A DNA stretch of 64,000 bases, taken from NCBI GenBank assembly GCA_965217865.1, contig CBDCJO010000002.1, positions 1,856,001-1,920,000 on the forward strand, in the 5' to 3' direction. Positions within the stretch are counted from its first letter, which is position 1; the number at the start of each line of letters is the position of its first letter. Made by a program: the position numbers and the translations under genes. The DNA is from Candidatus Latescibacterota bacterium. GTDB lineage: Bacteria; Latescibacterota; UBA2968; SICM01. The notes beneath the pieces were generated by a model. It was not told where the DNA came from and did no database searches. It saw only the letters and a program-made list of their open reading frames with translations. This document shows, one piece after another, positions 21,201 through 29,593 of the stretch.

Positions 21201-21643
21201 GCTCGCCTGAAGAGGCTCAGGCGCTCAGTACTCTTGTGAAGGATATTCTGGAAAACGACGCCACCTGGGTTGATCGAGACGGCCAGGAACGACCCGTTGC
21301 GCTCGGCGATATCGTTATCATCACGCCCTACAACGCACAGGTCTTTGAGATTCAGCAACGCTTGCCGGGAGCGCGGGTTGGCACGGTGGACAAGTTTCAG
21401 GGCCAGGAAGCGCCGATTGCGATCTATTCGACGGCAACGTCAAGCTATGCGGACGCGCCGCGGGGGATGGGATTTCTATACAGCCTCAATCGACTTAACG
21501 TTGCGACGTCCCGGGCAAAATGCGTATCGATCATGGTCAGCTCCCCGCGAATCTTCGAATCGGAATGCCGCACGCCACGGCAAATGCAATTGGCAAATGC
21601 CTTCTGCCGCTATCTCGAAATGGCAGATCGGGTGCCCAATTAG
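18239..21643 (+). CDS. TM0106-family RecB-like nuclease fused to an RNase H-like domain and an SF1 (UPF1-like) helicase
   Basis: GRADIL...YEVIDTKLAR, DLEGDP, HYAPYE, YNKDDC, QGPPGAGKT, VDEAAQ, GDPQQL, TVDKFQGQEA, NVATSRA. Confidence 0.88.
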   Translation: MKRIEDSLELSAIDLVGYLNCRHLSELDRAVAEGALAKPKVWNQPLLQILWEQGLVHEQNYVEHLTKDGVEFVRIEGIEVTDEAVSQTLAAMKRGARVIVQGALSHDSWVGRADILRRIEVPSAIGNWSYEVIDTKLARETKAGTVLQLCLYSDLLTEAQGLEPEYMYVVAPWSDFEPQQYRFADYAAYFRKVKHGLSAALAKRDTVGTYPDPIEHCDICRWRQTCEKRRHGDDHLCLVAGISKIQINELNQRGITTVRGLAGMPLPLDWKPDRGAAESYGRIREQARVQIEGREAGEGKFELFPVETGFGLTRLPEPSDGDIFFDLEGDPFVGEHGLEYLFGFLFIGETGQTVYRSEWAFSRVEEKQTFEDFVDFVMARWEQFPSMHIYHYAPYEPSALKRLMGRYATRGEEIDQMLRAGIFIDLYQVVRRGIRASVESYSLKQLESFYSFERETALADANAALANLQANLELNAIPSIADEIGATVVAYNKDDCRSAAGLRDWLETLRAQLVTDGVDVPRPELGDGAPSENVTDWLIRINALVEQLSTDVPVDPEERDEEQQARWILANILDWHRREEKSVWWEHFRLAELSEEDLRDERAGLSGLSFLRQAGGTARAPIHRYRFPPQETELRGGEDLRNLGGDKLGKVEAISFDDCTVDIKKRQDSVATHPQAVFALTYVNAQVLKDSLVRLGEYVAQHGLRGEGPNRVARDLLLKEAPRVGGQELHRDGETTVEAAIRLCGHLAYGVLAIQGPPGAGKTFTGGRMICELVRQGKTVGITANSHKVIHNLIDAAIEAAGEMDLDLQCCHKAAQVEQPQHRLSFARSNEDLFAALGTGVSVAGGTAWLWSRPEAFETVDVLFVDEAAQMSLANVLAVSQAAKAVVLIGDPQQLDQPIQGSHPDGTDVSALDHILAGEQTISPDKGLFLKETWRLHPDISAYTSELFYESKLSSKAGLEKQIIKAAGPISSSGLRYLPVEHDGNQNCSPEEAQALSTLVKDILENDATWVDRDGQERPVALGDIVIITPYNAQVFEIQQRLPGARVGTVDKFQGQEAPIAIYSTATSSYADAPRGMGFLYSLNRLNVATSRAKCVSIMVSSPRIFESECRTPRQMQLANAFCRYLEMADRVPN

Positions 21644-21776
21644 ATGACATCGCATACGCCTACCGACCTTGTCGGCAGGTTGATGGGCTCACAAGGCGGG
21701 CTGCTCGCCCTTACCAGCAGGCGGGTCCGCCTTGACCATCGCCTTAGCAACATCACGAATGCGGTCTCCTCGGGGC

Positions 21777-21975
21777 TTGCCGACATCCGCCACCGACAGC
21801 CGACGATAGTCCACCCCGGCCGGTCTGCTGAATAGCTCAATCTGACGTCGCCGGCGCCACGACTCCTCGACTTGGTGCGTGAACCCCATGGCGGCCCTTA
21901 CGAGCGGCGCGCCGTCAGCACCAGAGTGAACAGCGTCCGGCACGACGATCCGGACATTCTGGCTCCCCGGTCGGA
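21777..21975 (+). pseudogene. Duplicated 3' end of the SRAP gene
   Basis: Near-identical to 18000-18198, with a TGG>TAG stop. Confidence 0.85.
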
Positions 21976-21982
21976 GCTGGAG

Positions 21983-22170
21983 CTCTTTTGACCGAGAGGG
22001 CGGAAATCGGCGTTAATTGCCACCATCCATGTTTTCTCGATGGAGGGGGAAATCGGAGTCAAAAGCACTTCCCTCAGGCGAACCTTGGAGAACGATCTGT
22101 TGACCTTCGTAAGCCCACGCAAATCAACGGATTACGCATGTCCGTGGTAAGGGAGCGTGGATTGCGGGAA
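21983..22170 (+). repeat. Island-end arm repeat, copy A (lacks the CCCTCCACCA core)
   Basis: Colinear with 25513-25700 at offset 3530; also homologous to 55566-55690. Confidence 0.85.
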
Positions 22171-22334
22171 TTTAAGGAGAAGTTCGATGAAAAGTTACTC
22201 GTGCATCGGGGTCAAATGCATTGCTGGTTTCGAGTACCAGGCCGAAACCCGGTCGACCGAGTGGATTTGAAGAGACGCTATGTGCGGGGAGGTTATAGGT
22301 TGGTTGAAGGACTTTGAATAAGGGGGAAACGGCC

Positions 22335-25238
22335 ATGACCCAGCCGCATGGGCGCAATTTGACCCCTAGGAGTTCTCTGCACGTTGGACGAACCGGCCTA
22401 GCCTCGTTTTTGTTCGCGCTCCTTCATCCTGGGGGCGCCAAAGCTGCGACGGTGAATGCGGACATCTTGACACTGACTCGCGCGACCGGATCGATGGAAA
22501 TCCCCTTTCGGGAGATTGAGACGGCTGAGGTAAGGGCCGGGTGGTTCTGGAGCGGTATGCGAGTCCGTTTCGCCTCCGGGGAAGTCACCGTATCGGGGCT
22601 GGCGAAGCCCAACGCACTGGCGTTCACCGATGCACTGGAGAGCGCGAGAGTCGGCTGGTGGCGAAGAACCCTGGTTGCACACATTGGAACGCTTCGATCC
22701 GTTCACGACCGCTTGGTGCAGCTTGCCGACCCGCCCAGGTACATGGCCCGCAGCGTCTTTTCCGACCTCGAGCGTGATGCCAAAGACGCGGTCGCCCAGT
22801 TCCCCTCTCGGTGGCCCGGCAAGCTATCTGGCACCGCACAAATCCGAATGCTAAAGGCGATACAGGATTTCTCGAAAGAAACAGAAGCTTACCGGGCGCG
22901 AGCCAACGACACCTTTGTGGGCAACGAGTTGGTCCGGTCTCGGGAATTCTTCGACAGGGTCGAGGCACGGCCGCTCACAGACGAGCAACGGAGAGCGGTC
23001 GTCGTCGATGAGGACCGCAACCTGGTCGTTGCGGCTGCGGGTAGCGGCAAGACATCTGTCATCGTGGCCAAGGCCGGCTGGCTCCTTCAGAAAGGTTACC
23101 GGCACCCGTCGGAACTGCTGCTGCTTGCGTTCGCCAAAGACGCCCAGAAGGAGATGGAGGAGAGGGTCTGCGGCCGGCTAGGCGATGAGGCGGTGGCCCA
23201 GCTAACCGTTCGGACGTTTCACAGCCTGGGCATGTCCATCATCGGCGCAGTGGAGGGTAAACGTCCAGCACTGGCCAAGGTCGCCGAGGACGACAAGTCT
23301 CTGTTCGACCTGCTTAAAAACATCATTGCCGACCTACTTGCCGATCCCAAATTCTCGAACGTCATGCTCAGATGGTTCGAGGAGCACTTCGTCCCCCACC
23401 GGAGCGAGCACGAGTTCCGAACCCAGGGCGAATATTGGGACTACGTCCGAGCAAACGAAATCCGGTCATTACAGGGCGAAAAGCTCAAGAGCTTTGAGGA
23501 ATGCGAAATCGCCAGTTTCCTGTATCTCAACGGTGTGCCCTACGAGTACGAACGCTCCTACGAGCACGAAACCGCGACGTCGGAGAGGCGGCAGTACCAG
23601 CCCGACTTCTACCTTCCGGACGCCGGGATTTACATCGAACATCTTGCACTGTCCGCGTCGGGCGATACGCCTCCTTTCATCGACCGCGAGGAATATCTCC
23701 GGTCAGTTGCCTGGAAGCGTCAGCTTCATTCCGAGCATGGAACCGTGCTCATCGAGACCTACAGTCACGAAAAGGCTGCCGGTAAGCTGATCGAGAAATT
23801 GGCGGCAAAACTGGCCGACCATGGTGTGACGCTATCTCCGATCCCTTCTGACGAAGTCTTTGCCGTCCTCGAACAGCAAGGTCGAATTGACCCGTTCACG
23901 CGCTTGGTTGCGACCTTTCTCCAACACTTTAAGGGAGCACAGCTCTCCGCCGAGGAAGTGGCCCGGCGAGCCGCGAACGCTCCCCGCCGCCCGCGGGCGG
24001 TGGCTTTCGTTGCGGTGTTTCGACCGATCTTCGAGCGCTACCAGGACTCGCTGGCCCGACTGCGGCAGATCGACTTCCACGACATGATCGGCAAAGCGAA
24101 GGAACACGTGGAGAGTGGACGCTACCGGAATCGGTTTGACTACATCCTTGTCGACGAGTTCCAAGACATCTCGCCAGGACGGGCGCGGCTGCTGAAGGCG
24201 TTGCTGGACACGTCCCAGACCGCCCAATTGTTCGCCGTCGGCGACGATTGGCAGGCAATCTACAGATTTGCCGGCTCGGACATCGCCATCATGCGCGAGT
24301 TCCGGGAACGCTTCGGGGAGAGCGAGCGTGTCAACCTTGAGACAACATTCCGGTGCGCCGATCGCATCGCCGCCGTAGCAACGAAATTCGTCTTAAGCAA
24401 CCCGGCGCAAATTCGCAAGAATGTCTCCTCCACGCGTCAGGCGAATGGACCTTGCGTGCATGTCGGCCTTCCCGGAGAGGAATGCCCCGATCTATTGAGG
24501 GAGGCCCTGGAAGCGATCGCCGTGGACGCGGCGAAGACCGACGGAACGCCGACTGTTCTGCTGATGGGCCGGTATAGGCACTCGCGACCGGAGAACATGG
24601 CTGAGCTGGCGAGGGAACATCCCGGTCTGAGTCTCTCCTACATGACCGTGCACCGCTCGAAAGGGCTTGAGGCTGACTACGCCGTAGTGATCGACTTGTG
24701 CTCCGGAAAGTACGGTTTTCCCGCCGAGATCGTCGATGACCCGCTGCTTGATCTGGTCCTCGCGGCGCCCGAAGGGCATCCGAACGCCGAGGAACGGCGT
24801 CTGCTCTATGTCGCCATTACACGAGCCCGTCGCCATGTCTTTCTTCTTGCTGATGGCGGCTCGCCATCCTCATTTATTTTGGAATTGATCAAGGACGGCT
24901 ATAACGTCACCGTATTCGGTGAGCCTCCGGATGACGACGTTGCTTGCCCAAAGTGTGTAGAAGGGCGACTAAAGCGAAGAGAAGGCTCCCGGGGCACGTT
25001 CTATGGATGTTCGCACTATCCATATTGCGAACACAGAGAGTCCGCTTGTCCCCATTGCGGAAGAGGATTACCGGTGAAAACCGACGTGGCCATCCGTTGC
25101 CGCGACTGTGGCGAGCTCCTCGAGGGATGCCCGAAGTGCAACGGATGGCTTCAGATTAGAAACAGTCCGTATGGGCATTTTGGGGGTTGTTCAAATTATC
25201 CCACTTGCGACTACACCAGAGATATCCGGCGGGGATGA
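22335..25238 (+). CDS. UvrD/HelD (DNA helicase IV)-like SF1 helicase with C-terminal topoisomerase-type zinc ribbons
   Basis: AAAGSGKT, VDEFQD, VGDDWQAIYRF, TVHRSKGLEAD, EERRLLYVAITRAR; internal YQPDFY..IYIEH nuclease-like insert; C-terminal CPKC/GCSHYPYC/GCSNYPTC. Confidence 0.85.
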   Translation: MTQPHGRNLTPRSSLHVGRTGLASFLFALLHPGGAKAATVNADILTLTRATGSMEIPFREIETAEVRAGWFWSGMRVRFASGEVTVSGLAKPNALAFTDALESARVGWWRRTLVAHIGTLRSVHDRLVQLADPPRYMARSVFSDLERDAKDAVAQFPSRWPGKLSGTAQIRMLKAIQDFSKETEAYRARANDTFVGNELVRSREFFDRVEARPLTDEQRRAVVVDEDRNLVVAAAGSGKTSVIVAKAGWLLQKGYRHPSELLLLAFAKDAQKEMEERVCGRLGDEAVAQLTVRTFHSLGMSIIGAVEGKRPALAKVAEDDKSLFDLLKNIIADLLADPKFSNVMLRWFEEHFVPHRSEHEFRTQGEYWDYVRANEIRSLQGEKLKSFEECEIASFLYLNGVPYEYERSYEHETATSERRQYQPDFYLPDAGIYIEHLALSASGDTPPFIDREEYLRSVAWKRQLHSEHGTVLIETYSHEKAAGKLIEKLAAKLADHGVTLSPIPSDEVFAVLEQQGRIDPFTRLVATFLQHFKGAQLSAEEVARRAANAPRRPRAVAFVAVFRPIFERYQDSLARLRQIDFHDMIGKAKEHVESGRYRNRFDYILVDEFQDISPGRARLLKALLDTSQTAQLFAVGDDWQAIYRFAGSDIAIMREFRERFGESERVNLETTFRCADRIAAVATKFVLSNPAQIRKNVSSTRQANGPCVHVGLPGEECPDLLREALEAIAVDAAKTDGTPTVLLMGRYRHSRPENMAELAREHPGLSLSYMTVHRSKGLEADYAVVIDLCSGKYGFPAEIVDDPLLDLVLAAPEGHPNAEERRLLYVAITRARRHVFLLADGGSPSSFILELIKDGYNVTVFGEPPDDDVACPKCVEGRLKRREGSRGTFYGCSHYPYCEHRESACPHCGRGLPVKTDVAIRCRDCGELLEGCPKCNGWLQIRNSPYGHFGGCSNYPTCDYTRDIRRG

Positions 25239-25512
25239 GGACTCGCGATACTCCGCCCCTTAGCAACCAGGGCGAAATGGGTCGAACAGCATCTGACGGA
25301 CTCCCTGGCCTCGATGTCGAAGACGGAGCTCACTCAGTTATGAAAAGGGTTGCGCAAAGGGAGCTCCTGGTCGAGCCCCTTGGGGGTGGAAGGGCTGGCT
25401 CTGGGCATGGCGGATCAGGTATGCGCTTGTTGCAGCCATCGACGGATGCGGTGTTTGGGTGTGTCATGGGGGAATTCGCGCGCGATGTCAGGAGGTTCTG
25501 ATCGGAGAGGTG

Positions 25513-25725
25513 CTCTCTTGACCGGAGGGGCGGAAATCGGCGTTAACTGCGACCATTGACATTTTCTCGACCGAGGGGGAAATCGGAGTCAAAAGCACTT
25601 CCCTTAGGCGGACCTTGGAGAACGACCTGCTGACCTTCGTAAGCCTATTTAAATAAACGGATTACGCATGTCCGCGCCAATGGAGCGTGGATTGCGGGAA
25701 GGCTGCAAGCCCTCCACCATTCTTC
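25513..25725 (+). repeat. Island-end arm repeat, copy B, with CCCTCCACCA core at 25710-25719 (candidate att junction)
   Basis: Homologous to copies A and C; lies upstream of the DUF2924/serine recombinase module. Confidence 0.75.
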
Positions 25726-25736
25726 AAGCCACAACT

Positions 25737-25766
25737 CGTCTCTCCGGGGTGGCCCCCGGAGAGACG
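25737..25766. repeat. Perfect 13-bp stem hairpin
   Basis: CGTCTCTCCGGGG-TGGC-CCCCGGAGAGACG just inside the candidate att junction. Confidence 0.8.
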
Positions 25767-26286
25767 CGCGCCCTATAACCTTTTATTTTCAAAGGGTTTT
25801 TGCGTTCCCCACATCATTCCCGCTTCATTTCCTTCCGGTCGAATTCGTCCTGTTTTCCGGCCTCTCATTCTCTGTTAGGCCCGTATTCTCCGTTCCTTCC
25901 GGACCTCGTCCGAAAGTCGTCCGATTGGGTTAATCCATTCAGTATCAACGGGTTGATCCGAAAGGGCCGTTTTCGGGGGTTGTGGCAACACGCCCTGTGC
26001 CCGGTCTTGAGCACCCGGGAGTTCGAACGGCTCGTCCGATGGCCGATTTCCCCCCTCTGGTCTGAATCCGGATTCCCGTACCTCCCGACAGTCGTGGCCC
26101 GCCTCCGGTAGGTAACCAGCGACAGGGCCGGGGACGGCGCCCGGCCGCAGCGTCAGAAACCAGACAACGGACCGGCAGCGAGAGCTGAGGCGGTTGTGGG
26201 TGCCTGGGAACCCGCCTCCACGCCGTCCGGCGAGTTCCCAGGCATCCACACCGGCCCAACCGGCCCCCGAGCCGCCGGAGGTTACG

Positions 26287-26484
26287 ATGTGGAACGCCGA
26301 TTTGGAGTTGGGAACCATCCGTCCCGACCTGCCTGAAGCAGGGGTCCGCCCCGAGCCCAAACCGCTTGCCCCGAAAGCGAATCTGGAAGCCATCGCCTCG
26401 ATTCTGGCCGTTGGTGTGCTCCGCCGGAGAGCTCGAAAGGGGGGCTTTCCGCGCGATATCCGGAGAAAGGCGAAGAATCTCTAA
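26287..26484 (+). CDS. Small hypothetical protein upstream of DUF2924
   Basis: ATG after GGAGG; LEAIASILAVGVLRRRAR resembles small ORFs usually found at this position in such elements. Confidence 0.4.
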   Translation: MWNADLELGTIRPDLPEAGVRPEPKPLAPKANLEAIASILAVGVLRRRARKGGFPRDIRRKAKNL

Positions 26485-26558
26485 ATATAAGTGGGAGAAT
26501 GACTTGACTTCTGGCGCCAACAGAGCGTTCGTGTCTGACAAACGCGTCCGGTACGTCA

Positions 26559-27089
26559 ATGAGGGGGTTGCCCGTGAATCAGTCCGGAAAGGGATCGCAA
26601 GAGAGCCGCAAGGGTTCCCGCGCTCGCCATTCCGTCCTGCGGCAGTTGGCGACGCTCGAGACGATGTCGCTGGAACAGCTGCACGAGAAGTGGCGCGATC
26701 TCTACGGCGGCGAGCCACCCCGCTACAGGAGACGGTTCCTCCTCAAGCGCCTGGCCTATCGCATCCAGGAACTGTTCTACGGCGGCCTGTCGGAGGCCGC
26801 CAAGGCGCATTTGCGGCAAGCCGCCCAGGGCGACCCGGTGGCCCGGGTGGACCGCCGGATCTCCGGCAATCCCCAGAACAAGGCGGACATCCTGCCGGGC
26901 ACCCGGTTCGTCAGGATATGGAAGGACCGACGCTATGAGGTCCTCGCCCACGAGAACGGCTTCGAGTACGACGGCCGGATCTTCCGGTCCTTGAGCGCCG
27001 TGTCTCGAGAGATTACCGGCACCCGGTGGAACGGCAGGCTCTTCTTCGGGCTGAAGAAGGGCGACGATGCAGGTGGCCGGCATGCCTGA
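26559..27089 (+). CDS. DUF2924-domain protein
   Basis: LAYRIQELFYGGLS, PGTRFVRIW, GFEYDG...SLSAVSREITGTRWNGRLFFGL. Confidence 0.85.
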   Translation: MRGLPVNQSGKGSQESRKGSRARHSVLRQLATLETMSLEQLHEKWRDLYGGEPPRYRRRFLLKRLAYRIQELFYGGLSEAAKAHLRQAAQGDPVARVDRRISGNPQNKADILPGTRFVRIWKDRRYEVLAHENGFEYDGRIFRSLSAVSREITGTRWNGRLFFGLKKGDDAGGRHA

Positions 27090-28668
27090 TACGGGCACGA
27101 ACAACCCCACGGAGAAGAAGCTCATCAACTGCGCCATCTACACCCGCAAGAGTCACGAGGAAGGCCTGGAACAGGAATTCAACTCGCTGGACGCCCAGCG
27201 GGAGGCGGCCGAGGCCTACGTCGAAAGCCAGCGCATGCAGAGCTGGCGCGCGCTGCCGGACCGCTACGACGACGGCGGCTTCTCCGGCGGCGACATGGAG
27301 CGCCCCGGACTGCAGCGTCTGCTGGCCGACGTGGATGCGGGGAAGGTGGACGTGATCGTGGTGTACAAGATCGACCGCCTTTCGCGGTCTTTGCTGGACT
27401 TCATGAAGATGATCGAGCGGTTCAACCAGCAGGGCGTGAGCTTCGTCTCGGTCACCCAGCACTTCAACACCACCGACCCGGCCGGGCGCATGTTCCTGGG
27501 TATTCTGATCACCTTCGCCCAATACGAGCGGGAGGTCATCGCCGAGCGCATCCGGGACAAGGTGGCGGCGGCCAAGCGGCGGGGCAAGTACTGCGGGGGC
27601 CCGGCCATCCTCGGCTACGACGTGGACCGGAAGCGAAAGAAGCTGCTCGTCAATCCGGAGGAAGCCCCGCTGGTCAAGCACATCTTTCAGCGCTTCACCC
27701 ATCTGGGCTCGGCCAAAGCGCTGGCCGCGGAGCTCAACGAGCAGGGATACCGGACCAAGTCCTGGACCACGAAGAAGGGAAAACACCGGCCGGGGAGCCC
27801 CTGGAACACCGGCCACATCTACCGCTTGCTGGGCAACCGCACCTGCATGGGCGAGGTGGTCCACAAGGGGAAGGCCTATCCCGGAGAGCATGAGGCCATC
27901 GTTTCCAAGGGACTGTGGGAGCGGGTCCAGGAGGTTCTCTCGGAGAACACCCGGGCCAGGCAGACGAAGGCCCGAACGAAGATCATCTCTCCGCTCCAGG
28001 GGGTGGTTCGCTGCGGCCACTGTGACGGCGCGATGGGCTTGACCTACACGCAAAAAGGACCGCGGCGCTACACCTATTACCACTGCGCGAAGGACGCCAA
28101 GCGAGCGGTCAGCCGCTGCCGGCTCAAGCGCGTCCCGGCCGGGGACATCGAGAAGGCGGTGCTGGAGCAGCTGAGCGCGGTCTTTCGAACACCGACGCTG
28201 GTGTCCCGGACGTACTTCGCCGCCAAAGGGATGGAAGAAGCCGAACGGGAGCGGCTGCTGAAGCGGAAAGAGCGACTGGAGGACGATCTCCTGAAGGTCC
28301 GCGAGCGGGCGCTCGAGGAGGTAACGCCCGACGGCAACGGGTCGGACCCCGGACCGGCATTGGTCGAGCTCAACCAGGAGGCGGTGACCCTGAGCCGCAA
28401 GCTGACGGATGTCTCGGCCAGGACCCGGGCGTTCGAGGCAGACCCCGTAGCGGAACGGGAGGTCTCGGAAGCCTTCCAGAGCGTGGAGACCTTTTGGGGG
28501 GACCTGTTTCCCCTGGAACGCAACCGGCTGATCCGGCTGCTGGTCGAGAAAGTGGAAATCCGGGAGACCGGCATCGACATGGAATTGAAGACCCGGGGCT
28601 TGACCAGTCTCATCATCGAGCTGAGCGGCCTGGCGACCGAGGCCAGGGAACGGAGCAACGGCCGATGA
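27082..28668 (+). CDS. Large serine recombinase (resolvase + recombinase + zinc ribbon)
   Basis: CAIYTRKS catalytic motif, DDGGFSGG, RPGLQRLL, YKIDRLSRS, CGHC...YYHC. Confidence 0.92.
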   Translation: MPDTGTNNPTEKKLINCAIYTRKSHEEGLEQEFNSLDAQREAAEAYVESQRMQSWRALPDRYDDGGFSGGDMERPGLQRLLADVDAGKVDVIVVYKIDRLSRSLLDFMKMIERFNQQGVSFVSVTQHFNTTDPAGRMFLGILITFAQYEREVIAERIRDKVAAAKRRGKYCGGPAILGYDVDRKRKKLLVNPEEAPLVKHIFQRFTHLGSAKALAAELNEQGYRTKSWTTKKGKHRPGSPWNTGHIYRLLGNRTCMGEVVHKGKAYPGEHEAIVSKGLWERVQEVLSENTRARQTKARTKIISPLQGVVRCGHCDGAMGLTYTQKGPRRYTYYHCAKDAKRAVSRCRLKRVPAGDIEKAVLEQLSAVFRTPTLVSRTYFAAKGMEEAERERLLKRKERLEDDLLKVRERALEEVTPDGNGSDPGPALVELNQEAVTLSRKLTDVSARTRAFEADPVAEREVSEAFQSVETFWGDLFPLERNRLIRLLVEKVEIRETGIDMELKTRGLTSLIIELSGLATEARERSNGR

Positions 28669-29087
28669 CTCCACAGCCGACCCTCATGCTGACCGGGACC
28701 GGCAATCTGCAGATCCATATTCCGATGCACATCCGGCGGATGCGGGGCCGGAAGATGATTTTCGCCCCCCAGGCACTGGATGGCGACGTTCCGGATGGCC
28801 CAGCGGAGATACAGACGGCCCTCGTTCAAGCCCTGGGCCGGGCGTTTTCCTGGGCGGACGCGATTGAGAGCGGGGAGTTTCGCTCCATTTCGGATCTGGC
28901 GAGAAACCTGGACGTGGACAACTCCTACGTGGTGCGCATCCTGAAGCTGACCACGCTGGCCCCGGACATCATCGAAGCTATCCTCAACGGCGAGGAACCG
29001 TCCGGCCTGTCGCTGGCCCAACTGATCCGCACCTTCCCCATGGACTGGGAGCAGCAGAGAGCCCTGTTCGGATTCCCATCGGGCTGA
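28665..29087 (+). CDS. Recombinase-associated hypothetical HTH protein
   Basis: ATGA overlap; RGRKMI...ALGRAFSW...SYVVRILKLTTLAPDIIEAILNG...PMDWEQQR. Confidence 0.75.
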   Translation: MTPQPTLMLTGTGNLQIHIPMHIRRMRGRKMIFAPQALDGDVPDGPAEIQTALVQALGRAFSWADAIESGEFRSISDLARNLDVDNSYVVRILKLTTLAPDIIEAILNGEEPSGLSLAQLIRTFPMDWEQQRALFGFPSG

Positions 29088-29113
29088 GCCGCCTTCCCGG
29101 TCGCGGCTGGTCG

Positions 29114-29593
29114 ACGTCCCATTCTGAGCCGGATCGAGTCACGGTCGTCGTCGACACGCGGGAGCAGGAGCCGTACCACTTCGACACGCTAGGCGTGACG
29201 ACCACGCGCCGGGCGCTGCCCGCCGGGGACTACTCCCTCGAAGGATGGGAGGACCAGGTGGCGGTGGAGCGCAAGACGCTCGAGGACCTCGTCGCCACCG
29301 TCATTCGCTCCCGGAAGCGGTTCCGCAAGGAGCTCGAGCGGCTGGCGGGCTTTGAGGCCGCCTGTATCGTGGTCGAGGCCAACCTGAGCGACATCCTCAC
29401 CCGAGACTATCGCTCCGGGGCGCATCCCCACGCCGTACTCGGCGCCGTCTTGTCCATCGTCGTCGACTTCCGTCTCCCGGTCTTCTTCTGCTCCGACCGG
29501 CAGGCCGCCTGCCGCTTCGTCGAGGGCTACTTGCGCAGAGCCCACCGGAAGGCATCGACACGATGGGAACAACCGCCCAAAGCACACCAGTAA
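29114..29593 (+). CDS. ERCC4-domain nuclease (start codon possibly mutated to ACG)
   Basis: In-frame VVVDTREQ (from ~29144), GDYS and AVERKTLEDL motifs; the first standard start codon (GTG 29195) lies downstream of the DTREQ motif. Confidence 0.8.
   Translation, partial: TSHSEPDRVTVVVDTREQEPYHFDTLGVTTTRRALPAGDYSLEGWEDQVAVERKTLEDLVATVIRSRKRFRKELERLAGFEAACIVVEANLSDILTRDYRSGAHPHAVLGAVLSIVVDFRLPVFFCSDRQAACRFVEGYLRRAHRKASTRWEQPPKAHQ

Noticed and set aside
25187-26280. Several overlapping short ORFs around the island junction
   Set aside because: No motifs or RBS support; the region is better explained as non-coding element-end DNA.
27013-28674. Long antisense ORFs (also 64-969, 4053-5438, 32124-33257, 33912-35126, 39003-40331)
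   Set aside because: Shadow frames of well-supported GC-rich plus-strand genes, with no recognisable motifs.
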